DNA from: Myxococcota bacterium
GTDB lineage: Bacteria > Myxococcota_A > UBA9160 > UBA6930
NCBI GenBank assembly: GCA_965223705.1
Contig: OZ245015.1
Location: 3,168,001-3,232,000, forward strand
Reading direction: 5' to 3'
Length of the DNA: 64,000 nt
The notes below the pieces were generated by a model. It saw only the letters and a program-made list of their open reading frames with translations. It ran no database searches and was not told the DNA's origin. Positions within the stretch are counted from its first letter, which is position 1. The number at the start of each line of letters is the position of its first letter. The position numbers were made by a program, and so were the translations under genes. Shown piece after piece: positions 10,356 through 19,931 of this stretch.

Positions 10356-10976
10356 GTGACGGCTTCGCTCGACCACAAGCGCCACGCGCCGGCGACCGAT
10401 CGCAACCGAGACGCAATTCTGACGCACCTCCGCGTGCTCTTCCGCGATGTCGCGTCCGTACTCGAAATCGCGTCCGGCACGGGTCAACACGCGGCGTACT
10501 TCGGAGAAGCGCTCCCGCACCTGCGCTGGCATCCGAGCGATGTCGACCCGGAGAATCTCGCCTCGATCGACGCCTGGGCTCGAGAGCACGCCGTCGCCAA
10601 CGTCGCCCGCGCCGTGCGCCTCGACACCACCGAGCCGGCTTGGCCGGTGGCGTCAGCCGATGCGATCTTTTGCGCGAACATGATCCACATCTCGCCATTC
10701 GCGTCGTGTCTCGGGTTACTCGACGGAGCCCAGCGGACGCTGCCTCACGGCGGCCCACTGGTCCTCTACGGGCCCTACCGAATCGGCGGCGCGCACACCG
10801 CCCCGAGCAACGCCGCGTTCGACGCATCGCTCAAGAAGCGCGATGCGCGCTGGGGTGTTCGAGACCTCGAAACCGTCCGTGAGGAAGCGTCTACCCGTGG
10901 ATTGACGCTGCGAGAACGGTTCGAGATGCCGGCCAACAACCAGCTCGTGGTCTTCGAGAAAGAGCGCGCCGGCTAG
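10356..10976 (+). CDS. DUF938 family SAM-dependent methyltransferase-like protein
   Basis: APATDRNRDAIL, LEIASGTGQH, NMIHISP, YGPY, MPANN. Confidence 0.88.
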   Translation: MTASLDHKRHAPATDRNRDAILTHLRVLFRDVASVLEIASGTGQHAAYFGEALPHLRWHPSDVDPENLASIDAWAREHAVANVARAVRLDTTEPAWPVASADAIFCANMIHISPFASCLGLLDGAQRTLPHGGPLVLYGPYRIGGAHTAPSNAAFDASLKKRDARWGVRDLETVREEASTRGLTLRERFEMPANNQLVVFEKERAG

Positions 10977-11836
10977 TCCTGTAGATGCGTAGCGAACCAG
11001 CGCGTCGCGGCTGCCGCGGCGGTGGGTAGGTCCTTCATATAGACGTCGTAGTGGCGACAATCGATCCGCACCAGCTCGTTCTGCCCCCCCGCGTCTCGCA
11101 TCGCTTCGAGCTGCCACGCCGTCGGTGTTTGCGTGTCGTTGTCGGCGACGATCATCATGAGCGGCGTCGGTGCGATGTCAGCGACAAATGATTGAGGCTC
11201 GTAGGAGCGCAAGAGATCGAAGCTTCGCACTGTGAGGCAATTCACGTACCGGCCATCGACGTCGTTGGCTTGAATCCACTCGTCGGTTTCGGTGCCCGGA
11301 ACCGCGGCGGGCGTCGTCGCGGGCACCCCGCCCGCTGCGCGGGCGTCGCGATCGGCCGACAGCCGTTCCAAAAAACGCGCGCGTTTCTCTTCGGGGACCC
11401 ACGCCTCGAACGTGCGCCGCCCGCTGATGAGCGGCACTTGTGAGACCGCACACCGAACCCGCCGATCGAGGGCGGTGACGGTGAGGACGTGGCCGCCGGC
11501 GTAACTCGTTCCCCATAGGCCCAAGCGGTCGCCGTCGATGCCCGGGAGCGACCTGACAAACGAGATTGCTTCGCGCATATCGGCGACCTGGCGCCAGGGG
11601 TCACTCTCGCACCGCGGCCACCCCCCGCTGTCGCCCCAGTTGCGGTGGTCATAGGCAAAGCACGCGAAGCCCGCGGCCGTAAACGCCTCGGCGTAGCGCG
11701 GCAGGTCGAGGGCGGCGATACCGGAGAGTCCATGGCTCAAAACGATCACCGGGTGCGGCCCCTCACCCCCGGGTCGCGTGAGCCACCCTGCGAGTCGCGT
11801 TCCGTCCGAATCGAACGTGATGGGCTGTCGTTCCAT
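10973..11836 (-). CDS. alpha/beta hydrolase
   Basis: YDHRNWGDSGG, GTSYAG nucleophile elbow, C-terminal HYDVY. Confidence 0.85.
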   Translation of the reverse strand: MERQPITFDSDGTRLAGWLTRPGGEGPHPVIVLSHGLSGIAALDLPRYAEAFTAAGFACFAYDHRNWGDSGGWPRCESDPWRQVADMREAISFVRSLPGIDGDRLGLWGTSYAGGHVLTVTALDRRVRCAVSQVPLISGRRTFEAWVPEEKRARFLERLSADRDARAAGGVPATTPAAVPGTETDEWIQANDVDGRYVNCLTVRSFDLLRSYEPQSFVADIAPTPLMMIVADNDTQTPTAWQLEAMRDAGGQNELVRIDCRHYDVYMKDLPTAAAAATRWFATHLQD

Positions 11837-11924
11837 AGCGGGACTCCCTTCGGGCTATAGTCGCGATATGGTACTGCGCGCAACCGAGCGGTTGGGCACG
11901 AATGTGCTGCCGCGTTTTCCGTAA

Positions 11925-12668
11925 GTGACGGCGAAGCCCTCCCCGTATCCCGCACCTCTGTTCGACGGGATTCACCGCGGAAACCCCGGAGATGTCGCGT
12001 TCTATCGGCGCGCCTGCGAAGGCATCGATTGCGTGCTCGAAATCGGTTGCGGTACCGGTCGGGTGGCCGGCGCGTTGTCCAACGGTGGAACGTCCGTCGT
12101 CGGTTTCGATCTCGATCGGGAGCGCGTCGAGATCGCGCGAACGCGGGGCATCCACGCGGAGGTCGCGGACCTCCGCGACTTCTCGCTGGGTCGCCGGTTC
12201 GAGCGAATCATCGCTCCCTACAACACACTCTATTGCCTACTCGACGAAGACGATCTGCTGGCTTGTCTGACGCGCGTGCGCGATCACTTGGACCCGCGCG
12301 GGCGATTCATTTTCGACGGATACGCCGCGGACGCGCAGCACTACGGTGCCAGCGAGGAAGAGGCGCGCGCCGAGACCGTGGAGTTTGTCGGCTCGGTGGA
12401 ATTTCAGGGCCGGGTCTACGACGTGCTGGAACACGGGCGCTGGGACCGCCCTTCTCAAGTGGTCGAAGCGCACTACGAACACATCCCTCGCGGCCCGGGC
12501 GAGCGCATCGAGGCGTTTCTTCCTCAACGCTATTTGCTTCGCGAGCAGATCGATCGAGTCTTCACGGAAGCGGGTCTAGCGCCGCTGTCGGTGCATGGGG
12601 ATTTTAGTGGCGGGGCCTACCAACCCGATTCGGATCACTTTGTGGTTTGCGCTTCTCCGATGCCCTAG
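11925..12668 (+). CDS. class I SAM-dependent methyltransferase
   Basis: GDVAFY, VLEIGCGTGR, ADLRDF. Confidence 0.82.
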   Translation: MTAKPSPYPAPLFDGIHRGNPGDVAFYRRACEGIDCVLEIGCGTGRVAGALSNGGTSVVGFDLDRERVEIARTRGIHAEVADLRDFSLGRRFERIIAPYNTLYCLLDEDDLLACLTRVRDHLDPRGRFIFDGYAADAQHYGASEEEARAETVEFVGSVEFQGRVYDVLEHGRWDRPSQVVEAHYEHIPRGPGERIEAFLPQRYLLREQIDRVFTEAGLAPLSVHGDFSGGAYQPDSDHFVVCASPMP

Positions 12669-13696
12669 CCGCGTTCGATCACGACCTTGCCGAAGTGCGC
12701 ACCGCTTTGGAGGTGCGCGTACGCGGCCTTGACGTCCGCGAGATCGCCGAAATCGAAGCGTCGGTCGATCACGGGCTGTAGGCGTGAGGCTTCCATCGCG
12801 CGGTTCATATCGCGGAACATCGCGCGACTTCCGACGAAGATTCCGCGCAACGTAATCGCGTTCAAGATCGTGTCGATCGACGTAAAGCCGCCTTCGATTC
12901 CGGTCAGTACGCCGATCAGGCTCACCGTGCCGCCGATGGCCGAGGATTGAATCGACTTTTCGAGCGTCCCGACGCCGCCGACCTCGATGACCTGATCGAC
13001 ACCGCGCCCGTCCGACCACGCGCGGACCGCTTGCTCCCAATCGGGCGTCGCGCGGTAGTTGATGGTCTCGTCCGCCCCCAGCGCGCGGGCGCGCTCGAGC
13101 TTGTCGTCGGAGCTACTCGTCGCGACGACCTGGCAGCCGGCGGCCTTGGCGAGCTGGAGCGCAAAAATTGAAACGCCTCCCGTCCCCAGTACGAGAACGG
13201 ACTGGCCGGCGGTGAGACCGCCGGCGGTCAATGCTTGCCAGGCCGTCACGGCCGCGCAGGGCAGCGTCGCGGCCTCCGCAATGGACATGTGCTTCGGAGC
13301 GTGCACCCAACCGCGTTCCGGCAGGACGACGCGTTCCGCAAGGGTGCCGTCGATCCCGCCGCCCAGCGCGCTGCAGAAATCCGCTTCGCTGGCGTTGCCG
13401 CGCTCCCAGTCGCGAAAGAAGCACGACGCGACGGCGTCGCCGACGCGGAAGTCGCGCACCGCAGAACCCACTTCGACGACTTCACCAGCACCGTCCGAGA
13501 GGGGGACGAGCGGAGGATTTCGCACGATCTTGTCGTTCCGCGCGTAACCGCCGCTCGGAACGCCGAGATCGCGAAAGTTGAGAGACCAGGCCTTCATCTC
13601 GACCCGGACGTCGTCCGGACCGAGCTCGGGTTCGGCGACATCGGCGACCTCGAGGGCGTCGATGCCTTTGGGCTCAGAGAATTGATACGTCTTCAC
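12665..13696 (-). CDS. zinc-type alcohol dehydrogenase-like MDR oxidoreductase
   Basis: SLNFRD, PLSDGAG, LPCAAVTAW, GTGGVS, HFGKVV; GGAGG RBS. Confidence 0.88.
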   Translation of the reverse strand: MKTYQFSEPKGIDALEVADVAEPELGPDDVRVEMKAWSLNFRDLGVPSGGYARNDKIVRNPPLVPLSDGAGEVVEVGSAVRDFRVGDAVASCFFRDWERGNASEADFCSALGGGIDGTLAERVVLPERGWVHAPKHMSIAEAATLPCAAVTAWQALTAGGLTAGQSVLVLGTGGVSIFALQLAKAAGCQVVATSSSDDKLERARALGADETINYRATPDWEQAVRAWSDGRGVDQVIEVGGVGTLEKSIQSSAIGGTVSLIGVLTGIEGGFTSIDTILNAITLRGIFVGSRAMFRDMNRAMEASRLQPVIDRRFDFGDLADVKAAYAHLQSGAHFGKVVIERG

Positions 13697-13764
13697 AGGA
13701 TCCTCCAGTGGCCGGCGGGTCAGCGTACCAGAGTTCAACTAAAGTGGTTTTCCCAGGAGGACCC

Positions 13765-14778
13765 ATGGCACCGAACCCCCTCGATGGTTTCTCGATCGAC
13801 CCCGGCCGACTCGCGACGATCGGTCGGGACCTGCAACGCCCGGAATGCATTCTGGCGGAGCCCGACGGGACGCTGTGGTCCGCCGATGCCCGCGGCGGTG
13901 TCGTCCGCATCGCTCCCGATGGAAGCCAGACGATCATCACGCAGAGCCACGCGTCGTCTTTTTCCGAGGCTTCCGATGACGCGACGCGTTTCGTCGAGGG
14001 CACGCTCCCGAACGGCCTCGCATTCGCCGACAACGGCGACATCGTGATCTCGAACTTCGGGACCGACTGTCTCGAGCGCATGACCCGCGACGGGAAGACC
14101 GAACTTCTGTTCGATACGTTCGAGGGCGAGCCCATCGGCAAGGTCAATTTCGTCGCACGCGACAGTCGAGACCGCCTTTGGATCACCGTGTCGACGATGA
14201 TCCACGACTGGCCGTCGGCGATCAGTCCGAACATCATCGACGGCCGCGTTCTGCTCTACGACCGGGGAGTCGTGCGCCTCGTGGCCGACGGCATTCACTT
14301 CGCGAACGAATGCAAGCTCGACGCAAACGAAGAACATCTCTACGTGGTGCAAACCTGCGGTCGCAACGTGTTGCGCTTCCGCATCGAACACGATGGCTCG
14401 CTCACCCGCCGCGAGATCTTCGGCCCCGAAGATCACGGGACCTTTCTCGACGGGATCGCGTTCGATGTGCACGGCAACCTGTGGGGAACCCACGTCATGA
14501 CGGACCGCGTCTTTGCCATCACGCCCGACGGAGAACTCCGCATCCTCCTCGACGACACGACACCCGAGGAAATCCAAAAGGTCGATGCCGCGTTTCAGCG
14601 GGATGAAGCGACGACGGAGCTTCTACTCTCGTGCGGCGGGCAGGTCGCGCCTTGGATGGCCAGTATCACGTTTGGCGGTTCCGACCTCCGAACCGTCTAC
14701 ATCGGCAGCTTGCGCGGCACGACGATCCCCTACTTCCGGTCGCCGGTGGCCGGTCTACCCCTGGTACACTGGAGCTAG
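13765..14778 (+). CDS. SMP-30/gluconolactonase/LRE family protein
   Basis: RPECIL, PNGLAF, FANE, DGIAFDVHGNLW, FGGSDLRTVYIGSL; AGGAGG RBS. Confidence 0.85.
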   Translation: MAPNPLDGFSIDPGRLATIGRDLQRPECILAEPDGTLWSADARGGVVRIAPDGSQTIITQSHASSFSEASDDATRFVEGTLPNGLAFADNGDIVISNFGTDCLERMTRDGKTELLFDTFEGEPIGKVNFVARDSRDRLWITVSTMIHDWPSAISPNIIDGRVLLYDRGVVRLVADGIHFANECKLDANEEHLYVVQTCGRNVLRFRIEHDGSLTRREIFGPEDHGTFLDGIAFDVHGNLWGTHVMTDRVFAITPDGELRILLDDTTPEEIQKVDAAFQRDEATTELLLSCGGQVAPWMASITFGGSDLRTVYIGSLRGTTIPYFRSPVAGLPLVHWS

Positions 14779-15905
14779 GAAGGCCGTCCCAGCCCCCGCA
14801 AACCACCGTCCCGCGCGGGATCCCAGCCCTTCCGACACTCGAGCCGCGGAATCACTTCCTCGCCGAAGCGCCGGATGCCGTCCACCCAGTCCGGCCAACT
14901 GAAGAGGATCCCTTCGACGTTCGGATCGGCGGCGAGCACGTCGATCTTGCGAGCGACCGTTTCATAGGACCCGACGATCGCCGGGATTCCCATGAACGCC
15001 ATATGGCCTTCCTCGGGGTCTCCCGCGAGTAGGTCTTCCTCGACGGTCTTGCGCAGTTGCTCCGTAGTTCCGTCCTGGACCGTGTCGAGCTTCGCCGAAG
15101 CGATCATCGTTTCGATCGCGCCGACGTCGGCACCTTTGGCGATATCCCGAGCGGTCTGGGCCGCCTTCTCGTCGGTTTCTTCCGCGACGAGGTGGAGCAA
15201 TGCATAGGTCGCCACGTCGTTACCCGTGGCTTCAGCCTGCTCCTTCAAGTCGGCGGCGAGGGCGTGAACGCGCTCCGGGTGCGACATGACGAAGTTGTGC
15301 CCGCCGATGGTCGCGACGAACCGGCGACCCACTTCGGATTGACCCGCAGCGACGATCGGAATTTCATGCTCGGGCGTCGGAAGACAAGAGCAATCCTCGA
15401 GCTCGAAAAAGCGACTCTTGTGCGTGACGCGGCCCCGGCTCCACAGCTCGCGCAGAATGTTCACGTAGTCGAGCGCGTACTCGTAGCGCTGCTCGTAGTA
15501 CGCGTCACCGCGCCACAGACCCATCTGCTCGTACTCGGGCTTGTTCCAACCCGTCACGATGTTCAACCCGGCGCGCCCGTTGCTGACATCATCGAGTGTC
15601 GCCATCATGCGCGCGACATACGCGGGATGGAGTGCCAGAACGGTTGTGGTCGGTATGAGGCCGATGCGTTCTGTCACGCTCGCGAGCGACGCCATCAGGG
15701 TGAAGGACTCCATACACGCGTCCCAAAACCCGGTCTCCCCCCCGAACCCGCGGTACTTCATCATGGACAACACGAAGTCGAGACCCTGCCGCTCGGCTTC
15801 GAGCGTCACCGCCTTGTTGAGCTCCCACGTCGGCAAGTAAGGCGGAATCGCCTTGGTGACGAGGTAACCGTTGCTTCCGTTGGGTAGAAAGACGCCGAAT
15901 TTCAT
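14775..15905 (-). CDS. RutA-like luciferase-fold flavin monooxygenase
   Basis: FGVFLP.G.NG, SMMKYRGFGGETGFWD, ESFTLM, NIVTGWNKPEYEQMGLW closely follow RutA. Confidence 0.85.
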   Translation of the reverse strand: MKFGVFLPNGSNGYLVTKAIPPYLPTWELNKAVTLEAERQGLDFVLSMMKYRGFGGETGFWDACMESFTLMASLASVTERIGLIPTTTVLALHPAYVARMMATLDDVSNGRAGLNIVTGWNKPEYEQMGLWRGDAYYEQRYEYALDYVNILRELWSRGRVTHKSRFFELEDCSCLPTPEHEIPIVAAGQSEVGRRFVATIGGHNFVMSHPERVHALAADLKEQAEATGNDVATYALLHLVAEETDEKAAQTARDIAKGADVGAIETMIASAKLDTVQDGTTEQLRKTVEEDLLAGDPEEGHMAFMGIPAIVGSYETVARKIDVLAADPNVEGILFSWPDWVDGIRRFGEEVIPRLECRKGWDPARDGGLRGLGRPS

Positions 15906-15911
15906 CGCGCT

Positions 15912-16871
15912 TTAGTAGTCGATCTTTTCGAGCTGTGCGAGAAGCGTTTCTCGTTCCTCCTCGAACTGAGGCGAGATCATGATTTGTCGGCCAATCGACT
16001 CGGGCGGTTCGTCTTCGGCGAACCCCTTGGCCTTGCTGACGGTCGCTTCGAAGAGCGGCCCGCCCGGAGTCCGAACGTAGATGGAATCGAAATAGCCGCG
16101 GTCCTTGCGGTCCGACACGTCGATGTACCCGAGTCCTTCGAGGTGCCCTTTCACGGCATCCTGCTCGCCGAAGTCCCCGACCTGAAACGCGGAGTGATGA
16201 ATGAACCCTTCGCCGTGTGCCCAGCTACCCGCGGCGAGGTTCGGCTGGAGAGAAAAATCGACGAGCGCCCCTGTTTCGCCGCTCCCGACGGCGTAGCGCT
16301 GCACAGAGCCGTCGGTGACCGTGCGGCTTCCTCCCCACCCGTCGACCATGAATTCCTCGCTGAGCTCTTGTTCGCGAACGGCGACCACGATGGTGTGAAT
16401 CCCGCGAATTCCGACTTCAGTCGGAACCGGTCCGCCGGTGTGGGGAATGCGCGTATCGTTCTCGACACCCACCAGCTCGTACGGAATGCCGCAGGGGTGC
16501 TCGAAGGCGAGACGCCGCTCGCCGAAGGCTTCGCGGGTCTTCGGGTCGTAGCCGTGTTCGCGAAGGCGCGTCTCCCAATAGGAGAGCGCGTCGGGCGCGA
16601 CGGAGAGGCACAGGACCTGAATCTGCCCCGAGCCCCGCCGCGCTTTTCGCCCGGTCTGACGCATCGGGAAGCTCGTCACGAGGGTGCTCTCCTCCCCTCG
16701 GTCGTTCCCGTAGTAGAGGTGATAGATGGGCACCTGGCCGTCGTAGAGCAGCGTTTTCTTGACGCTCTTCATCCCGAGGAGCTGGGTGTGGAAGTCGTAG
16801 TCCTCCTGAGCCCCTCCGACGCACAGCGTGATGTGATGGTGACGTTGAATCGCGGTTGACGGGTTGTTCAC
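15912..16871 (-). CDS. VOC-family ring-cleavage dioxygenase, LinE/PcpA (chloro)hydroquinone dioxygenase-like
   Basis: HHITL, VKKTLLYDGQVPIYHLYYG, HHSAF, DRGYFDSIYVRTPGGPLFE. Confidence 0.82.
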   Translation of the reverse strand: MNNPSTAIQRHHHITLCVGGAQEDYDFHTQLLGMKSVKKTLLYDGQVPIYHLYYGNDRGEESTLVTSFPMRQTGRKARRGSGQIQVLCLSVAPDALSYWETRLREHGYDPKTREAFGERRLAFEHPCGIPYELVGVENDTRIPHTGGPVPTEVGIRGIHTIVVAVREQELSEEFMVDGWGGSRTVTDGSVQRYAVGSGETGALVDFSLQPNLAAGSWAHGEGFIHHSAFQVGDFGEQDAVKGHLEGLGYIDVSDRKDRGYFDSIYVRTPGGPLFEATVSKAKGFAEDEPPESIGRQIMISPQFEEERETLLAQLEKIDY

Positions 16872-16963
16872 GGGATACCTCTGTCTTGGGGGTCTCGGCC
16901 CAGTGTACGACTCGCCCTGGGAGAGCGGAATGAATTCCGGATGGGTATCCCCACGGGCATTTT

Positions 16964-17043
16964 TGACTTTGATTTTCATTTTCACCTTGACCCCGCCACC
17001 GCGACAGACTTATTCCTCTTTTTGAAAACGATTTTCGTTTTCA
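16964..17043. promoter_or_regulatory. two Fur-box-like 21-bp sites in the porin/dioxygenase divergent promoter region
   Basis: TGAAAACGATTTTCGTTTTCA (17023-17043) is a perfect 9-3-9 inverted repeat; a degenerate copy TGACTTTGATTTTCATTTTCA lies at 16964-16984. Confidence 0.65.
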
Positions 17044-17064
17044 CTCTAAGGGGAGTCGATTTCG

Positions 17065-18426
17065 ATGAACGATCTGTCGAGGGCCGCATGGGCAGCGGCC
17101 TGCTTGCTTCTCGCGGTGGCAGGACCCGCGTGGGCGGACGACCACGAGTCCGACGCCGTCCGACAACGGGACGACCGGATCGCGGATCTCGAGCGGAAAG
17201 TCGATCAGCTGGTCGGCGAGCTCAGTCGAGTCCGCACCCAAGTCGCAGTGCCGGAAGACAAGGAGCTCGCCTCGCAGTACGGGCTCGGACCGGCGGCGTC
17301 CAAGATCTACGGCGTGGAGCGGGGTCTCTCGATCGGCGGTTACGGCGAGGCGTTCTACACGAATTTCTTGAGCGACGCGTCGTCCGGAAGCACACGCGAC
17401 GGCTCGGGAACGCTGGTCAGTGATCACGACCTCGATCGCTCCGACTTCCTGCGGTTCGTGATGTACCTCGGGTACAAGTTCAACGAAAACATCGTGTTCA
17501 ACGCGGAAATCGAGTTCGAACATGGAAGGACGGGAAGCTCGACTCCTTCGGCTGGCTCGGGCAGTGTCTCGGTAGAGTTCGCGGCGCTCGATTTTTTCTT
17601 CAATGACTACGTGAACGCGCGAGCCGGGATGCTCCTCCTTCCGATGGGCTTCATCAACGAAGTCCACGAACCCCCGTTCTTCCACGGTGTGCAGCGGCCG
17701 GAAGTCGAGCGGCGCATCATCCCGAGCACATGGCGGGAAAACGGTGCGGGAATTTTCGGCAACTTGCACGAGACCCTCGCGTACCGCGCCTACGTAACGA
17801 CCGGTTTCAACGCCACGGGCTTCAGCGATGCGGGCATTCGGGGCGGTCGCCAAAACGGCAACCGCGCATTCGCCGAGGATCTAGCCTTCGTCGCACGGCT
17901 CGATTGGACGCCGATCCCGTCCCTCCTCCTCGGAGGCTCGTTCTACACCGGGGGGTCCGGACAAGATCAAGAACTCGGCGGTGTCGATCTGCCGGACGCC
18001 CGGTTGACGATGTACGAGGTGCATGCGCAGTATCGCGTCGGCGGACTCGAGACACGCGCCCTTTTCGCTGTGAATCAGCTCGCGAGTGCGGACAAGCTGA
18101 ACCTCGCGCTCGGTCGCGCGCTCAATCGTCCGATTGCCGAGCGCATGATCGGCGGCTACGGCGAGGTGGCTTACAACATCGCCCCGTTCCTGTTCGGGCC
18201 GGATCGCTATCTCGCACCGTTCCTTCGCGTCGAGTACATCGACCCGCAGAACAAAGTGCCGTCCGGGTTTACGGCCAACGACAACCGTACGCGATGGCTC
18301 TACACCACCGGTCTGTCGTGGAAACCGCATCCGAATGTCGTGCTGAAAGCCGAGTACCGGAACTTCCAGGCCGATGAGGGCGCCGAAGCGGACGAAGTGA
18401 GTATCGGTATGGGCTTCGCCTTCTAG
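17065..18426 (+). CDS. outer-membrane porin-like beta-barrel with N-terminal coiled coil
   Basis: signal peptide ending AWA, IADLERKVDQL coiled coil, SIGGYGE, EIEFEHG, C-terminal GFAF. Confidence 0.8.
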   Translation: MNDLSRAAWAAACLLLAVAGPAWADDHESDAVRQRDDRIADLERKVDQLVGELSRVRTQVAVPEDKELASQYGLGPAASKIYGVERGLSIGGYGEAFYTNFLSDASSGSTRDGSGTLVSDHDLDRSDFLRFVMYLGYKFNENIVFNAEIEFEHGRTGSSTPSAGSGSVSVEFAALDFFFNDYVNARAGMLLLPMGFINEVHEPPFFHGVQRPEVERRIIPSTWRENGAGIFGNLHETLAYRAYVTTGFNATGFSDAGIRGGRQNGNRAFAEDLAFVARLDWTPIPSLLLGGSFYTGGSGQDQELGGVDLPDARLTMYEVHAQYRVGGLETRALFAVNQLASADKLNLALGRALNRPIAERMIGGYGEVAYNIAPFLFGPDRYLAPFLRVEYIDPQNKVPSGFTANDNRTRWLYTTGLSWKPHPNVVLKAEYRNFQADEGAEADEVSIGMGFAF

Positions 18427-18454
18427 GGCGAACCCGACCGGGGTCCGCGGGAGG

Positions 18455-19102
18455 TCACTCCTCCGGTCTCTCGCGGGCCCCGGAACGCTCCACCTCGATC
18501 AGCTCGGCGAGCCAGTGCCGGAACCGACGCGCGACCGCGCGGGGTTCCCCGAGCTCAACGCTTTGCGTGAGCTGATCACCGATCAGCGCTTCGGCAAACA
18601 TCGCCAGGGCCGCCAGACGAACGCAGAAGGCGGTGTCCTCGTACGCAGGCTCCGCGAACCCGTCGGCCGCGCAACGAGCCGTCCGCTCGGCGTGGTACGC
18701 ACGCGTCAGCGGCAGAAGCAGCCGCTCTTCGGGTCGTAGGGACAGATCCGGCTCCCGTAGCACCCGCCACGCCCAGAGCCGTGCCTGCCCCTCGTCCGCC
18801 AGGGTCGCCATGGCCCGGTCGAGGGCGTTTTCAGTTCCTTGCCCGACATCGGCCAAGAGGTCGTCTCTCAAGCGGACGAGGGCGCGCTCCTCGAGCGCGT
18901 CGATCAACCCCTGCCGATTGCCGAAATGGTGGAGCAGAGCCGGATGGGTGACCCCGAGATCCGCCGCGATCGACTGGAGCCGCACCGCTTCAGGCCCCCC
19001 CGCCGCGAGGCGCGCCTGCGCGGCGTCGAGGATTTCTTCGCGCGCCTGGGCGGCGGATTCCCAGCGGCGGCTCTTCGAGCGAGCGGTCTTGGTGGTTGAC
19101 AT
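18455..19102 (-). CDS. TetR/AcrR family regulator
   Basis: REEILDAA...IAADLGVTHPALLHHFG helix-turn-helix. Confidence 0.88.
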   Translation of the reverse strand: MSTTKTARSKSRRWESAAQAREEILDAAQARLAAGGPEAVRLQSIAADLGVTHPALLHHFGNRQGLIDALEERALVRLRDDLLADVGQGTENALDRAMATLADEGQARLWAWRVLREPDLSLRPEERLLLPLTRAYHAERTARCAADGFAEPAYEDTAFCVRLAALAMFAEALIGDQLTQSVELGEPRAVARRFRHWLAELIEVERSGARERPEE

Positions 19103-19144
19103 GATGATTTCCTTACAATATTGTTAACACCATGTCGACTTCAA
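19096..19144. promoter_or_regulatory. overlapping divergent sigma70-type promoters and probable TetR operator
   Basis: + strand TTGACA(19096)-17 nt-TATTGT(19119); palindrome ACAATATTGT (19115-19124) also gives TATTGT on the - strand with TTGAAG 18 nt upstream. Confidence 0.6.
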
Positions 19145-19863
19145 TCTCCCCGACGACCCTTCCGCCCCGTAATTCGCGCATGCGCTGGCGCGACGCGTAC
19201 CGCTCGTGGAAGCGACTTTACGAGAATCCCGACGACACCGCGGCGGTCTTCGAGATCATCGAAGCCCTGCGCGGTCGGTCGGATGAGCGGGCGTATCGCC
19301 GCTTCAGCGCGACCGAAACCGGGGGGCGTCTGCTTCGAGAGCGTCCGGATGTTCTCTCGCGCCTCGCCGACCGGGAAGCGCTGCGGGCGCTGCCGGCGGG
19401 TTCGCTCGGGCGCTGTTACGCGGCGTTCATGGACGAGGAAGCCCTCGATGCAGGCGGCTTGGTCGATGCGAGCGTTGGCCGCGAGAGCTGGGAAGATGCC
19501 GACGAGGGCCTTCTCTACTTCGCGACACGCCGACGAGACACCCACGATCTCCATCACATCGTGACGGGTTACGGCCGCGACCTGCGCGGTGAGTCGGCGC
19601 TCCTCGCATTCGATTTCGCGCAGGCGCGCAGCTGGGGCGTCGGGTTCATCGCACTGATGTCCTACGTGAACGCAACGGAGCCGTTCGAGCGGGCGATGAT
19701 CCGGCGCGCCTACCGCGCGGGCCGGAGAGCGGCGTGGCTCCCCGCCGCGGATTGGGAGAGCCTGCTGGCGCAGCCGCTCGAAGACGTGCGACGCCGACTC
19801 GGCGTCGAAGCCGCCGCCGAGTACCCGCCGCTCTGGTCTGCCGCGGCGCCAGCCGCCGTTTAG
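19132..19863 (+). CDS. Coq4 family protein
   Basis: LRALPAGSLG..Y, HDLHHIVTGYGRD..GE (HDxxH...E metal motif). Confidence 0.85.
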   Translation: MSTSISPTTLPPRNSRMRWRDAYRSWKRLYENPDDTAAVFEIIEALRGRSDERAYRRFSATETGGRLLRERPDVLSRLADREALRALPAGSLGRCYAAFMDEEALDAGGLVDASVGRESWEDADEGLLYFATRRRDTHDLHHIVTGYGRDLRGESALLAFDFAQARSWGVGFIALMSYVNATEPFERAMIRRAYRAGRRAAWLPAADWESLLAQPLEDVRRRLGVEAAAEYPPLWSAAAPAAV

Positions 19864-19931
19864 CACGCCCAGCCTCCGTTTTGCGCCCCGATAAGCGAGC
19901 GGCGGCGCGGGTTCCTAGACTCCGACGCGCG

